From positions 117,552,001-117,616,000 of the forward strand of contig OX597822.1 of the NCBI GenBank assembly GCA_951406725.2: a stretch of 64,000 bases of DNA, read 5' to 3'. Below the pieces are notes generated by a model. The model saw only the letters and a program-made list of their open reading frames with translations, had not been told where the DNA came from and made no database searches. This document shows positions 28,911-41,269 of this stretch, piece after piece. The translations under genes were made by a program, and so were the position numbers. Each line of letters opens with the position of its first letter. Within the stretch, counting starts at the first letter, position 1. The DNA comes from Octopus vulgaris (taxonomy: Eukaryota).

Positions 28911-31382
28911 ATAACATAAGGGACTAAAGCCATCTGAATATGGCTAGGGACAGGGCAGGGTGGTGGGGGTGTTACTGTTGCATTTAGCCCCAGGCGAACA
29001 TCGACGTCACCAGAAAGGCTCGACACCGTCACGGTGCCCTTAACCTGCAAAGGGAGGTAATTCCCCGATGAAGCGGAAACCACACACGGACCATGGTTTC
29101 AAGGTGTATTTCCTATCGTCGGCGTGTGGTAGGCTTCCGCTTCCTCGACGAATCCTCACTCTGCAGGATATTCATATATAGATTTTCAAGCAAAATACAT
29201 TTGCTGATTTCGAAAATCTGTTCGAAAGCAATAATAATTCTCTAAAAGAGATATAGACAGTAACTGCTCGATAACATAAGGGACTAAAGCCATCTGAATA
29301 TGGCTAGGGACAGGGCAGGGTGGTGGGGGTGTTACTGTTGCATTTAGCCCCAGGCGAACATCGACGTCACCAGAAAGGCTCGACACCGTCACGGTGCCCT
29401 TAACCTGCAAAGGGAGGTAATTCCCCGATGAAGCGGAAACCACACACGGACCATGGTTTCAAGGTGTATTGCCTATCGTCGGCGTGTGGTAGGCTTCCGC
29501 TTCCTCGACGAATCCTCACTCTGCAGGATATTCATATATAGATTTTCAAGCAAAATACATTTGCTGATTTCGAAAATCTGTTCGAAAGCAATAATAATTC
29601 TCTAAAAGAGATATAGACAGTAACTGCTCGATAACATAAGGGACTAAAGCCATCTGAATATGGCTAGGGACAGGGCAGGGTGGTGGGGGTGTTACTGTTG
29701 CATTTAGCCCCAGGCGAACATCGACGTCACCAGAAAGGCTCGACACCGTCACGGTGCCCTTAACCTGCAAAGGGAGGTAATTCCCCGATGAAGCGGAAAC
29801 CACACACGGACCATGGTTTCAAGGTGTATTGCCTATCGTCGGCGTGTGGTAGGCTTCCGCTTCCTCGACGAATCCTCACTCTGCAGGATATTCATATATA
29901 GATTTTCAAGCAAAATACATTTGCTGATTTCGAAAATCTGTTCGAAAGCAATAATAATTCTCTAAAAGAGATATAGACAGTAACTGCTCGATAACATAAG
30001 GGACTAAAGCCATCTGAATATGGCTAGGGACAGGGCAGGGTGGTGGGGTGTTACTGTTGCATTTAGCCCCAGGCGAACATCGACGTCACCAGAAAGGCTC
30101 GACACCGTCACGGTGCCCTTAACCTGCAAAAGGAGGTAATTCCCCGATGAAGCGGAAACCACACACGGACCATGGTTTCAAGGTGTATTGCCTATCGTCG
30201 GCGTGTGGTAGGCTTCCGCTTCCTCGACGAATCCTCACTCTGCAGGATATTCATATATAGATTTTCAAGCAAAATACATTTGCTGATTTCGAAAATCTGT
30301 TCGAAAGCAATAATAATTCTCTAAAAGAGATATAGACAGTAACTGCTCGATTATATGAATATCCTGCAGAGTGAGGATTCGTCGAGGAAGCGGAAGCCTA
30401 CCACACGCCGACGATAGGCAATACACCTTGAAACCATGGTCCGTGTGTGGTTTCCGCTTCATCGGGGAATTACCTCCCTTTCCAGGTATAGGGCACCGTG
30501 ACGGTGTCGAGCCTTTCTGGTGACGTCGATGTTCGCCTGGGGCTAAATGCAACACTAACACCCCCACCACCCTGCCCTGTCCCTAGCCATATTCAGATGG
30601 CTTTAGTCCCTTATGTTATCGAGCAGTTACTGTCTATATCTCTTTTAGAGAATTATTATTGCTTTCGAACAGATTTTCGAAATCAGCAAATGTATTTTGC
30701 TTGAAAATCTATATATGAATATCCTGCAGAGTGAGGATTCGTCGAGGAAGCGGAAGCCTACCACACGCCGACGATAGGCAATACACCTTGAAACCATGGT
30801 CCGTGTGTGGTTTCCGCTTCATCGGGGAATTACCTCCCTTTGCAGGTTAAGGGCACCGTGACGGTGTCGAGCCTTTCTGGTGACGTCGATGTTCGCCTGG
30901 GGCTAAATGCAACAGTAACACCCCCACCACCCTGCCCTGTCCCTAGCCATATTCAGATGGCTTTAGTCCCTTATGTTATCGAGCAGTTACTGTCTATATC
31001 TCTTTTGGTGAATTATTATTGCTTTCGAACAGATTTTCGAAATCAGCAAATGTATTTTGCTTGAAAATCTATATATGAATATCCTGCAGAGTGAGGATTC
31101 GTCGAGGAAGCGGAAGCCTACCACACGCCGACGATAGGCAATACACCTTGAAACCATGGTCCGTCTGTGGTTTCCGCTTCATCGGGGAATTACCTCCCTT
31201 TGCAGGTTAAGGGCACCGTGACGGTGTCGAGCCTTTCTGGTGACGTCGATGTTCGCCTGGGGCTAAATGCAACAGTAACACCCCCACCACCCTGCCCTGT
31301 CCCTAGCCATATTCAGATGGCTTTAGTCCCTTATGTTATCGAGCAGTTACTGTCTATATCTCTTTTAGAGAATTATTATTGC
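28911..31382. mobile_element. Inverted tandem array of a 360-bp structured non-coding unit with 13-bp TSD
   Basis: Left arm 28911-30351 (4.0 units), right arm 30352-31382 (2.86 units, opposite orientation); CAATTTATTAATA at 28901-28913 and 31382-31394. Confidence 0.9.
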
Positions 31383-33879
31383 AATTTATTAATATATTTC
31401 ATGAAATACCAATAAGGCAGTACACGAGACATACTTAAGTAAATGTTGAATGTTTTCATGCTACTCAGCTCTGACAGTGTACGCTAGACGCATGTTCTCT
31501 CGCCATTCAATAAGCTAAAGTAAAAATTGTGAACACATTTTATGTGACAAACAGGACAGTTTTAATTAAAGGTATCACTACTCAAGATAGGTAGCAGCAA
31601 TATTTCCAAATCTCAAATAATTAAATGGTTTCTACATACTGGAGTTCAGTTAATTATAAGTGAGATATGGCAAAAACATTAGCTCGTCGGCTAATATTAA
31701 ATCAATGTCTTTACAAGCGTGATGACAACGTGTAAAATTTAGTTAGTGTCTCAAAATACGAGATGCATTTGTGGAAAGAACTATGTCACCAAATTCTTTT
31801 CGCAAGCGTATCTCCTATTTTAAGATGTGCTCAGCCATAGCAAACTGGCTGGAGATCTTGTGTTAGTGTACGCTGTCTGTAATTGAAGAATTGGGGTAAA
31901 ACTCAACATTTGTTTTAACGCTTCGGATATACTGAAATGTAAATTGCTTACGACGGATCCTCTCAACATTTTAGAAACAACTAAATTATACATCTAATAA
32001 AAGGAAAGAACAAATTAGATAATATAGTCGTATATGTACTAAAAATATGTATAGTCATACGTAGAATATCTCTGATATCGATCAGAATTGATTTAAAGTG
32101 AAGCAGTGACCTCAACGAAGTCGTTAATGAAATTAAAGAAATCATGAATATTGTCTTTTCACGTGGCCCTTACACCTTGGATTTCGCGCTGTCACTGATC
32201 CAAAGGGTTTATTGCAATGAAATATGTCTAAAAGAAAATACACTGCATTAAAAATATAAGAAAACGTTAGACGAAGACATTTTTATTGTATCTCAACATA
32301 ATTATCGTTGTTTGGTTTCTCAAGTAGAAATGAATCAACCATAGTGAATATATTTGATCTCATGTCTATTAAAAAAAAAACTATTTCTGTTTATACTCCT
32401 AGTACTAGTCTAATTAAAAAGTATTAAATTTAATTAATGCAACGTTACAAATCGCTGTCGAAACTCAAAACTTTTTATGAGCTAATAGCTTTTAAGACGC
32501 TTTTAAGGTCACAGTAACATACGGAGTGTTCTGCTGGGAAATTATACAGATAATGATCAACTTTATAGACACAACTAGGCCTCAAAACCACAATTAGTCT
32601 CATTCGATTTCATCTAATTTAAAGAGAAAAATTAATGTGGTGTTTGTTCGGTTTAATACACGAGTTATTTTTCAATTTCAAAGAAAACTCAGTCAAGTTA
32701 CCACATCTCACTTTGAAATAAAAGCCTTGAAAGCCTATCGGCATCTTTGATGTATTCTCTTATAATGTTATAGTGAAGGTTTGATCTCAACTAGATATTG
32801 CTTTGCATGCAGAATAGTAAATGCAGTGTACAGATAATCAATATGTTGTATAAAAGTGAGTTTAACCGTCTGAAAAATTTGTTAGAAATATATAACGAAT
32901 CAGCTAACTATGTTTATACGTAACAACTTTGATAAGACTTTTTTATATAGTATTTTCTCTTTTTATATAGCCAGTGAGAAGTTTTAGAGATACGGTCATG
33001 AAAATAAGAAAAATATATATATAACGTTAAAATATGTAACTAATGAAACTATAACGACTGAAAATATGCATTTTCAGATAAAGATTTAAAAAATATATCG
33101 TCAAGTTTTGGAATACACATGGGTACACATAAACACATATACAGGGACACACGTAAAAGTATAAAGTGAGCTTAAATTTGGTTATTTTTGGCAATAAAGA
33201 AACAAAGTGGTAATGAGTATTCATGTTGTTCCTGATCTCATAAAATACTTTAATGGTGAATATAAAATGAACAGGATTCAATTAAGAATCATAACTTAAA
33301 CTCGGGTTTTTGGGTACTTCTCGCTTGCTCTATCACGTTTACAAAATGCACTAAATACCAAATACAAACACACATACCGACACATAGACACTCACTATAT
33401 TCCTTTAGTCACCTAAATATTATTCTCTTAGTAATATTGATTTCATAAGATAGGATTTGGATGGAAGCTGAGTCATTGAGGGATGGAGAGCAAAGTGAAC
33501 CCGGATGGAATTTGAGCTTAAAATACAAAAGGCTGTACTAAATACCGAAAGGTATATTGTCGGACATTCTATTGATACTGATTCTACCATCCACTGCTCT
33601 TTTTATGAGATCGGTTTAGTAGTGCACAAAATACCTTGTGCTATCTAGCAACGTCCCTTTATGTTATGGGTAGAAAATCTCCAACCCTATACGACTTCGC
33701 CTTTGATCCTCTCAGTGCTGTTAAAATAATCCTGGAATCTATATTATTTACTAAAATCCCTCTCCCAAAACTATGGTCTTGTCTCTGTGTTATATCTTTT
33801 CTATTTGTACCAAAAAGAAAAGTAAGATATTTAAATATAAAATGTTAAAATCAGCATTTATAAGGATCACGCCCCACTC

Positions 33880-34215
33880 GAATGCTAGGACGTACCTCTG
33901 CATACTATACTAGTCTCAGTACGTTTGAATTAACCTCAACCAGCTGGGACTTCTCTCTTAATATGCTAATACTTATCTTAGCATGCTAAAACTCAGCTCG
34001 ATATGCTAAAACTCAGTTCAACATACTATGACTTATCTCAAAATATTAGGACTTATCGCAACACACTAGGGCTAATCTCTACATACTAGAACTAACCTCA
34101 ATTTATTAGGACTAACCTCTACCTGCTCAGACTTATCTTTACATACTAAACGTCACCCAGACATGTTAAGACTCGCTTCGACATAATACGACTAACCTCA
34201 TCCTGTTAGGATTTA
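33880..34215. repeat. Degenerate 20-bp minisatellite (~16-17 units)
   Basis: Period-20 units like CTAAAACTCAGTTCAACATA / CTAGAACTAACCTCAATTTA / TTAGGACTAACCTCTACCTG. Confidence 0.8.
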
Positions 34216-34751
34216 CCCTTTGCTTTTCAGCGCTTGTCATTATAAGTAATATTGATTTAGTTCTTACAGTCTATTGCTGACACAACATTCCTACAGTCAC
34301 TCAACCGTTCACACGGTGACTCGCTTATTGTTCCGTTTCATTGTTCCGTTTCATTAAACAATGTCAATCCAATGTGGTTGTTTCTTACTGTAATTTTGAC
34401 TAAATATTTTGTTTCATCTAATTGTTAGCTTGACGACGTCCAATTCATTCCAGATAATTTAATACATGAGTCATAAGAAACCTCTTCTCTCGAAAACGTA
34501 GCCTTTATTATTGAAGTAACATCTTAGTACCTTTTTCGATATATGCTGTTTTATTTGCTCTCATAATTTTCAACGGACAACTATTTATCTACCATAATCT
34601 CGAACCCAGTCAGTTGTAACGGGTTTCCTTTGGAATGATAGCTAAAGACTAGCTGTGGCAATGGTAACATATTTAATGTCGCTAGCATAGATAAATAAAA
34701 TCTGTTTTAGAAATACTTAGGTGGTGAGACAAGGAATTTAGTTCAATGTTT

Positions 34752-35072
34752 TATTCATTTATTTACGCACCGTTTTTCAATCCTATCCAGGCTCATGGGC
34801 CCGGATTCTCGGTTTCTGCGGCATATGTGTTCCCCCCAGCTGGACGGGACGCCAGTCCATCGTAGCGTTACTCAAGAAACAGGAAGAGAGAGTGAGAGAA
34901 AGTTGTGGCGAAAGAGTACAACAGGTGTCGCCACCAACCCCTGCCGGAGCCTCGTGGAGCTTTAGGTGTTTTCACTCAATAAACACACACAACACCCGGT
35001 CTGGGAATCAAAACCGCGATCCTTCGACCGCGAGTCCGCTGCCCTAACCACTGGGCCACTACGCCTCCACAA
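34752..35072 (-). mobile_element. SINE family C (alternative 3' tail)
   Basis: Same head as 14497-14879; TSD TTCAATGTTT (34742-34751/35073-35082). Confidence 0.88.
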
Positions 35073-35581
35073 TTCAATGTTTAAAGTTATATTAATCTCT
35101 TCTGAAAGTATGTGAGATGACTGAAGCTATGTTTGGATATGGTCGAACTTTCTCAACAAAACAGAGATACCTGCATTTGATGACTTGCAATTGATAGAAT
35201 TTCTAAATCGAACACTAACGAGCGTAAAAAATACCATATTTAAAAAGATTGATATTTGAGGTTAATAACCAATTTGGGACGATATTTCTCATGAAATACA
35301 ATTCATATGCATTTCATTCAATTTTGAAAATAATCAAGAATTTGGTGGAATTTAAGAAAATAATTTTGCCATTATAAATTTGGCCTTTAGGTCTTAACGA
35401 AATATTCTTAAGGTTGAATGTTTAAAATTTAGTTACAAATATGAAGTTTGTATTATATAATCAAGCAGGCAGGTTTGTATGAAAATGGATAATACACAAA
35501 TATTCAGACAGACATGCGTACATATACACTCACGGTCGCAAAAACTGACAGACAGACATTCTTACACACAAGAGTATACTC

Positions 35582-35637
<56 letters not shown>

Positions 35638-36658
35638 CCGAGTTGAAAAAGAACAGATAAAAACCTTTTAATTGCACACAGTAGTTTCTATTTATTTGAA
35701 TTAAAACGGCAAATACCGGGCCCAAAATAGAATCAGTAAAGTGATTAGGAAAGGTTGCAGAAGTCGTTCTTTGTTCGGAAGAAACCGTAAGGATTTCCTG
35801 AAGATAAAAATAAATACAAGATACCTGGTGGTATAGTACAAAAATATCGTGATAGTAGAAAATCATGTCGATGATAACATACATATTCGTTCTTAATAAG
35901 TACCGGGTGATTCAAACGTGAATATATTAATCATTGTTGTATTTCGTCATCAGAGAACAACTTTTCAAACGAACTTTGACATTTCATAAGACGCTCAATT
36001 CATTGTGAGTAACGGAACTTTAGAGCAATAATGTCTCGATCTAACAATAGTTTTTGGTTCTTGTTTATTGAATTCAGCAAATATCAGCGGAAAGCCTTTG
36101 TGGTAGTTTATCCGATCTTTCGTGGACTAGGTTCAAAACCTGATGTTTAATGCTACTACCACCTTGCCTAGCTTTACTAGAATCCGCTCGGTTGCAAGCG
36201 TTCGGATTAGTCTTCAACTTTGAGGACACCTTCCTTCCTACTAGTATCACAATACCTTAACGAGTCATCAGCATGGTTTTTTTAAAACTCCAAACTGAAG
36301 ATGGAAGAAACGATAAAAATTCTTTGAATCTGTTAGATTTTAAATGTCAAAGGGAAGGTTGCTTTATAAGCTGGTAGAACAAACAACTAGGAGGTCTTTC
36401 GTCGTTTCGTCACGGCACGTTGGTCAGTTTTGGTTAATAACCACAACTGAGAGTGATTCGACGTACCTTGTACCTGTACAAAGTAAGTCAAATCATTATC
36501 AGTTTGATCCTTTGATACAAAATCGTCCGGGTTGTATGACACAACCCTTTTGATACAAGCTTGTCCTGGCTGTATGATACAAGTTTACTGTTTGGAGTGA
36601 TCCAAATTAAGACCTTTCATCAAAATTTCACGTTAATGTGCTTCAAACACCAGATTAA

Positions 36659-37037
36659 TCATTATATATAAAAGTCAAGTTGTGTGTCTGTCTGTCTCCT
36701 ACGATTTAGATTCCTAACTACTCCCACATTTTGCGGTGCAGTTTAACCAAAACCGGGTATCTTATAGTAGGGATTCATATCGAGCCCTTCTGGGTATTAG
36801 CGCGCGTCTACGATGAGTCTACGATTTTAAAAATAATTTACCATAATTTTTTTCCATTTTAATGCATTTTTTCGCTATTATATAAGGGAAGTAACTCTCT
36901 AAAAATGTCTACGATGAGTCAACGATTAAAAAAAAAATTATCATCATTTTTTTGCTATTTTTTGGCTATAACTCTCTAAAAATGCTTATATAGTTATTTC
37001 CCTTACAAACCCGAGCAACGCCGGGCGATACTGCTAG
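36659..37037 (+). mobile_element. Non-autonomous Helitron-like element
   Basis: 5' TC, 3' subterminal hairpin CCCGAGCAACGCCGGG and terminal CTAG, inserted between A and T without TSD. Confidence 0.8.
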
Positions 37038-37930
37038 TAATCACTAAATTCTTCCTTATTTCCTAAAGTAATGGAAAGAAAAGCAGAGGATTTCAACACA
37101 AATATGATAACGAAAGTTTTAAAGTGATCTAAATTTAGACTTCCCATCAAAATTCCACGTTAATTTATGAATCAAACACCAACTTAATAACAATGAATTT
37201 AGTTTACTAAATTCTTCATTATTTGCAAAGACAGTGTATTTCAACAGAAACATGGTAACAAAAGGGTTGATAAAAGGTAAGAATTTTCCATGTTACAGTT
37301 GAGCGTTAATGTAAGAAATTGATTGTTTTGAGGTTAACAATTTAGGTGTGTAACGGTGAATTGTTTGATTAGGTCCTTTCTGAACATATCTGCTGGTTAC
37401 CCGTTTACATTTTTGGAGATCAATAGACCGTCATCTCCATAAAATCTGCTAAAAGTGCGGAATGGATTTTATATTAAGCATAAAATATATAATCCTATTA
37501 GATTTGAAATTTCTCTTGGATTCTTGATGCTCATGCTTACATCAAAGGCATCTGCTTTCTGTTTGTTATCAATAGACCGTCACTGAAGATGAAAATCGAC
37601 TTCCTGTTACCTATTATTACTTGCATGTAGTTATTTGAGATGATGAAGAGGGAATTCGCGAAATCTAGGGTCGTTAGCAATATCTATTTATAATGTACAA
37701 CTAACAGTAAATTACATAAAAATTGGTTGAATAAGTTTTCTTGTTTCTTAGGTTGTGTGTAAACCGACAAATGAGTGATTCATCTTTATTCCAAAATGCT
37801 AATCTGATCCTTTCTGGATATTGTTATTGAGTTTATCCAATATAGTTCTATATTTAAGAGATGAGGAATTATGTACATTATTTACATTATTTACATTTGA
37901 CGGATATTTGTCCCCATCTTATTAGTTGTT

Positions 37931-37976
37931 AACACAACGTTTCGGCTGATATACCCTGCAGCCTTCGTCAGGTGTC
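37931..37976 (-). ncRNA. Minimal type I hammerhead motif
   Basis: GACAC-CTGACGA-A-GGCTG..CAGCC-GAAA-CG-TT-GTGTT; palindromic AACGTT in place of stem III. Confidence 0.7.
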
Positions 37977-38114
37977 TTGGGGAAATTTCGAACCTGAGTT
38001 CTCATTCCTAAGGTATTTTTCGATGTTATTATTATTATTATTACTATCATTCAGTAGTTTTATTTTTATAACGTGCTTGGGTATGTGCTGTGGTTTGTTG
38101 TGATGCTCTGATGG

Positions 38115-38930
38115 TTACTGTATTGAAAGTGTTCTGCGTAGGATGTGTGCAGTGCCTAGTAGTGCAATTTTCTGTATGTTATATGTGTTTGTAAGTCCTG
38201 GTGTTTTTGTTATGTATTTGTCTGAATATTTTTTTATCATGCCTAATGCACCTACTATGATAGGAATTGTTTCTGTTTTTAGATTCCACATTCTGGTTAC
38301 CTCTATTTCCAGGTCTTTGTATTTTGAAAGTTTCTCCATTTCTTTTAGAGACACGTTGTCATCTGCTGGTATTGATACATCAATTAGAAAGCATTTTTTT
38401 CATCATGATCTCTGACAACTATATCTGGTCTGTTGGCCTTAATTTCTCTATCTGTGTATTGGCATATCCCAGAGTATGGTTGCTTTCTCGTTTTCTGTGA
38501 CCTTTTCTGGTGTGTGCCTATGCCATCTTTTTTCTGTTGTTATTCCATAATGTTGGCATAGCTTCCAGTGTATGTAGAACCCAACTCTGTCGTGTCTGTG
38601 AATATATTCCTTCTTAGCCAGGACTGGGCAGCCAGAGATAATATGATTTATTCTTTCTTGTCCATCTCCACATATTCTGCAGTTACTTGTTATATTTCTT
38701 TTCATTACATGTTTTTGGTAATTTCTAGTGGGGAGGCTTTGGTCTTGTGCTGCTATTAAAAATCCCTCTGTCTCTGCTTTCAATCCTGAGCTTCTCATCC
38801 ACTGCTGGGATTTTTCTTTGTCTATTTCTTTTGCATTTAGTTTAGTCCAGTACTTGCCATGAAGGGGCTTTTCTTGCCATCGTTTTATCATGGTCCGTTA
38901 CTGTTCTAGATTTAGTTTTGATTTCATTTG
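38115..38930 (-). pseudogene. Restriction-like endonuclease LINE C-terminus (R4/Dong-like), frameshifted
   Basis: PLHGKY, ETEGFLIAAQDQSL, CRICG..NHIISGC, RHDRV, EKLSKY, PIIVGALG; 3' end abuts (TAA)n. Confidence 0.9.
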
Positions 38931-39044
38931 CTTTATAGCTTTTGTTGTGTTTTCTTCTTCTTCTTCTTCTTCTTCTTCTTCTTCTTCTTCTTCTTCTTCT
39001 TCTTCTTCTTCTTCTTCTTCTTCTTCTTCTTCTTCTTCTTCCAG

Positions 39045-40160
39045 TTGATTAGTCATTGCAGTGCCTGGGTGACCTCTTCAGTTGTTATGGGGGTCCAAAG
39101 TTGCTCAGATGCTGAGTTTGTTGTTTTAATACTCCTTTTTTTTTGGTTGTTCTTTCCCCGACCATATTTCTTTCCAGAATTCTTCCACTTCCTCTGTCGT
39201 TGGTGCTGCAGTGATGTCTATTTTATTTTTGCCAAGTTCTTGGTAGAACTTTTTGGGGTTGGAGTTGAACTGTTTGTTTTGTTCAAAGAAACGTTGGCGT
39301 TTCTCGTACCGGATCCTTTGTGCTTTGGCAAGGATATCTTGCTTTAGCTTTTCTTTTATCTCAGGTAAATCTTTTTGTGTGATGTTGTATTTGCGGAGTA
39401 TTTTAGTTTTCTTTTTGTTGCTCAGTAGCGTTGATTGTCTACTGATTTCATTAAGAATCGACAGATCTTTTCTGATTTTTTGTATTTGTTTTTAATGTTA
39501 TTTATCCACAGGGTTTGTTTGGGTGGTTGTACTCCTGTTTGGATGGGTTTGAGGGAGTATCCAGCTTCTTTTGTGGCTGCAGTGGCTGCTGCATATACTA
39601 AGTCATTTAGCTCAGTGATATCGCTATTTGTTTCAGTGGCTATTAGTTCTGTGACGGCTAGGTTTATGCTGTTTATAATTGATGTTATTTTTGGTCTATT
39701 TTGATATTTGGGAGGTATGGTCGGTGGTCCATTTTGAGATCTGTGTTTTTCAGTTCTTTGATTATTCTACTTTTTATAGTATCATCATTAGGCTCCCCTT
39801 CGTTGTTTCCAGGTTTTAGATTTGTGTCGCTTTTTTTCTCGTTCGTATGTTTGTCTGTCGTGTTTTGGCTTGCTGCTTGTCGTGCATTATTATACATCCT
39901 TACGGTCTGGGTTTGTTGTTTTTTGTTTACATGGTTTTTGTTGGAAATGTTACGTTTGTCTTCGTGTTTTACTATCTCAGTGTTTATATTATTTGGCATT
40001 GTTGTGTGGCTTCTATCTACATTTTCCTGATGTATTTTTTCTTTTAAATGTTCTATTTCTGATATTTTTTTGCGTTGAGAATATATCTTCGTACGTTAGC
40101 TAGTTTATTAGGGTTCATTGCTGTATCCAAGTCTTTGTTTATGTTATTTTTCTTCCATAT
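39045..40160 (-). pseudogene. N-terminal region of R4/Dong-like LINE; RT domain missing
   Basis: YLPNIK..ELNDLVYAAATA..PPKQTLWINNI motifs resemble pre-RT region of R4-clade ORFs; joined to C-terminus via (TTC)n at 38953-39041. Confidence 0.6.
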
Positions 40161-40176
40161 GGCGAAATTTCCCCAA

Positions 40177-40222
40177 GACACCTGAAGAAGGCTGGAGGGT
40201 ATATCAGCCGAAACGTTGTGTT
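40177..40222 (+). ncRNA. Minimal type I hammerhead motif
   Basis: GACAC-CTGAAGA-A-GGCTG..CAGCC-GAAA-CG-TT-GTGTT. Confidence 0.7.
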
Positions 40223-40532
40223 AACAACAACAAGATGAGGACGAATATCCGTCGAGTGTAAATAATTTATCCAATATGTTTTACTGATGCTTCTGTGTTC
40301 GATTCTAGTTGTGTTGATGGCGCTATTTCGCAGTCATTTATAAATATTGGGATTGTGATCCTTTAGAGTTACATACAAGATTTTGTGTGTGAGCATGTTT
40401 TATTTGTTATTTCTTTCTACCTGCTAATGATTCTGTTTATTAGTGGATTATTTTAAGTGTTGAAATCAATTTCCTAGGTGTTCTAATTTCACAAATATTG
40501 CTGGGGATTTATGCAAGCCATACTAGCACGCA

Positions 40533-40601
<69 letters not shown>

Positions 40602-41134
40602 GCATATACACACGTATACGTCAGAGTAAGAAGAGAAATACTCGTGCATGAGTTCCAGTAAGAACACAGACATATATACATTAAACCTTTTAAACAAACA
40701 CTCAGACGCACGCGTCTCAAAAGACTCAAACATCCATCGGACTACATAAAGAAAATTCTCAATAAAACAACCGGGAAAAACCCTTATCTCACAATTCCTA
40801 CATGCCATTATAGTAACACAGGAAGTTGCTTCTATTCATTTCTTCAAAATTAACCTACGCAGACGGGATGAATAGAATTTTAAATCGCATTGCAGGAACA
40901 GCCATGGTGTGACTAATTTAAAAGCCATAACATAAAATTGAGTAACCAGCTATTAGTAGTAATAAAATATTCATATATATGGCATAAAAAAAATTAACAT
41001 TGAGTTATCTTTGCTTTATATTCCTCTTAACCACTATCAATATTCTCATTAATATCTAGCGCCCTTTCTGCATTTTATGCATGACAACTACATCAAGAAA
41101 TACCAAGAGAATCAAAATTCGGTATTAGGATAAA

Positions 41135-41238
41135 ACGACAGTTACTGAGCAACAGACGACTACTCAAAAGTTTCTATTAAATACACAAAGTTAACAGCGC
41201 TTTCCAGAAATATAGCCATACATACATACATACATACA

Positions 41239-41269
<31 letters not shown>

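Larger units (their letters stand above)
37844..40265. mobile_element. Composite: hammerhead-bearing inverted terminal repeats enclosing R4/Dong-like LINE fragments
   Basis: Inverted arms 37886-37990/40163-40265; 12-bp TSD TTTATCCAATAT (37832-37843/40266-40277). Confidence 0.75.

Noticed and set aside
29065-29105. CCGATGA-AGCG-GAAA-CCA..TGG-TT hammerhead-like string in the 360-bp unit
   Set aside because: Core has C for U, there is no stem II or stem I, and it is on the strand disfavoured by wobble analysis.
28911-31382. CRISPR-like array, or rRNA/snRNA gene cluster
   Set aside because: Units are identical with no unique spacers, and I recognise no 5S, U snRNA, SL or 7SL sequence.
28886-31415. 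Repeated 65-101 aa ORFs (MVSASSGNYLP...) in the 360-bp array
   Set aside because: No recognisable domain, non-ATG starts and one copy frameshifted; the features fit RNA structure better than coding.
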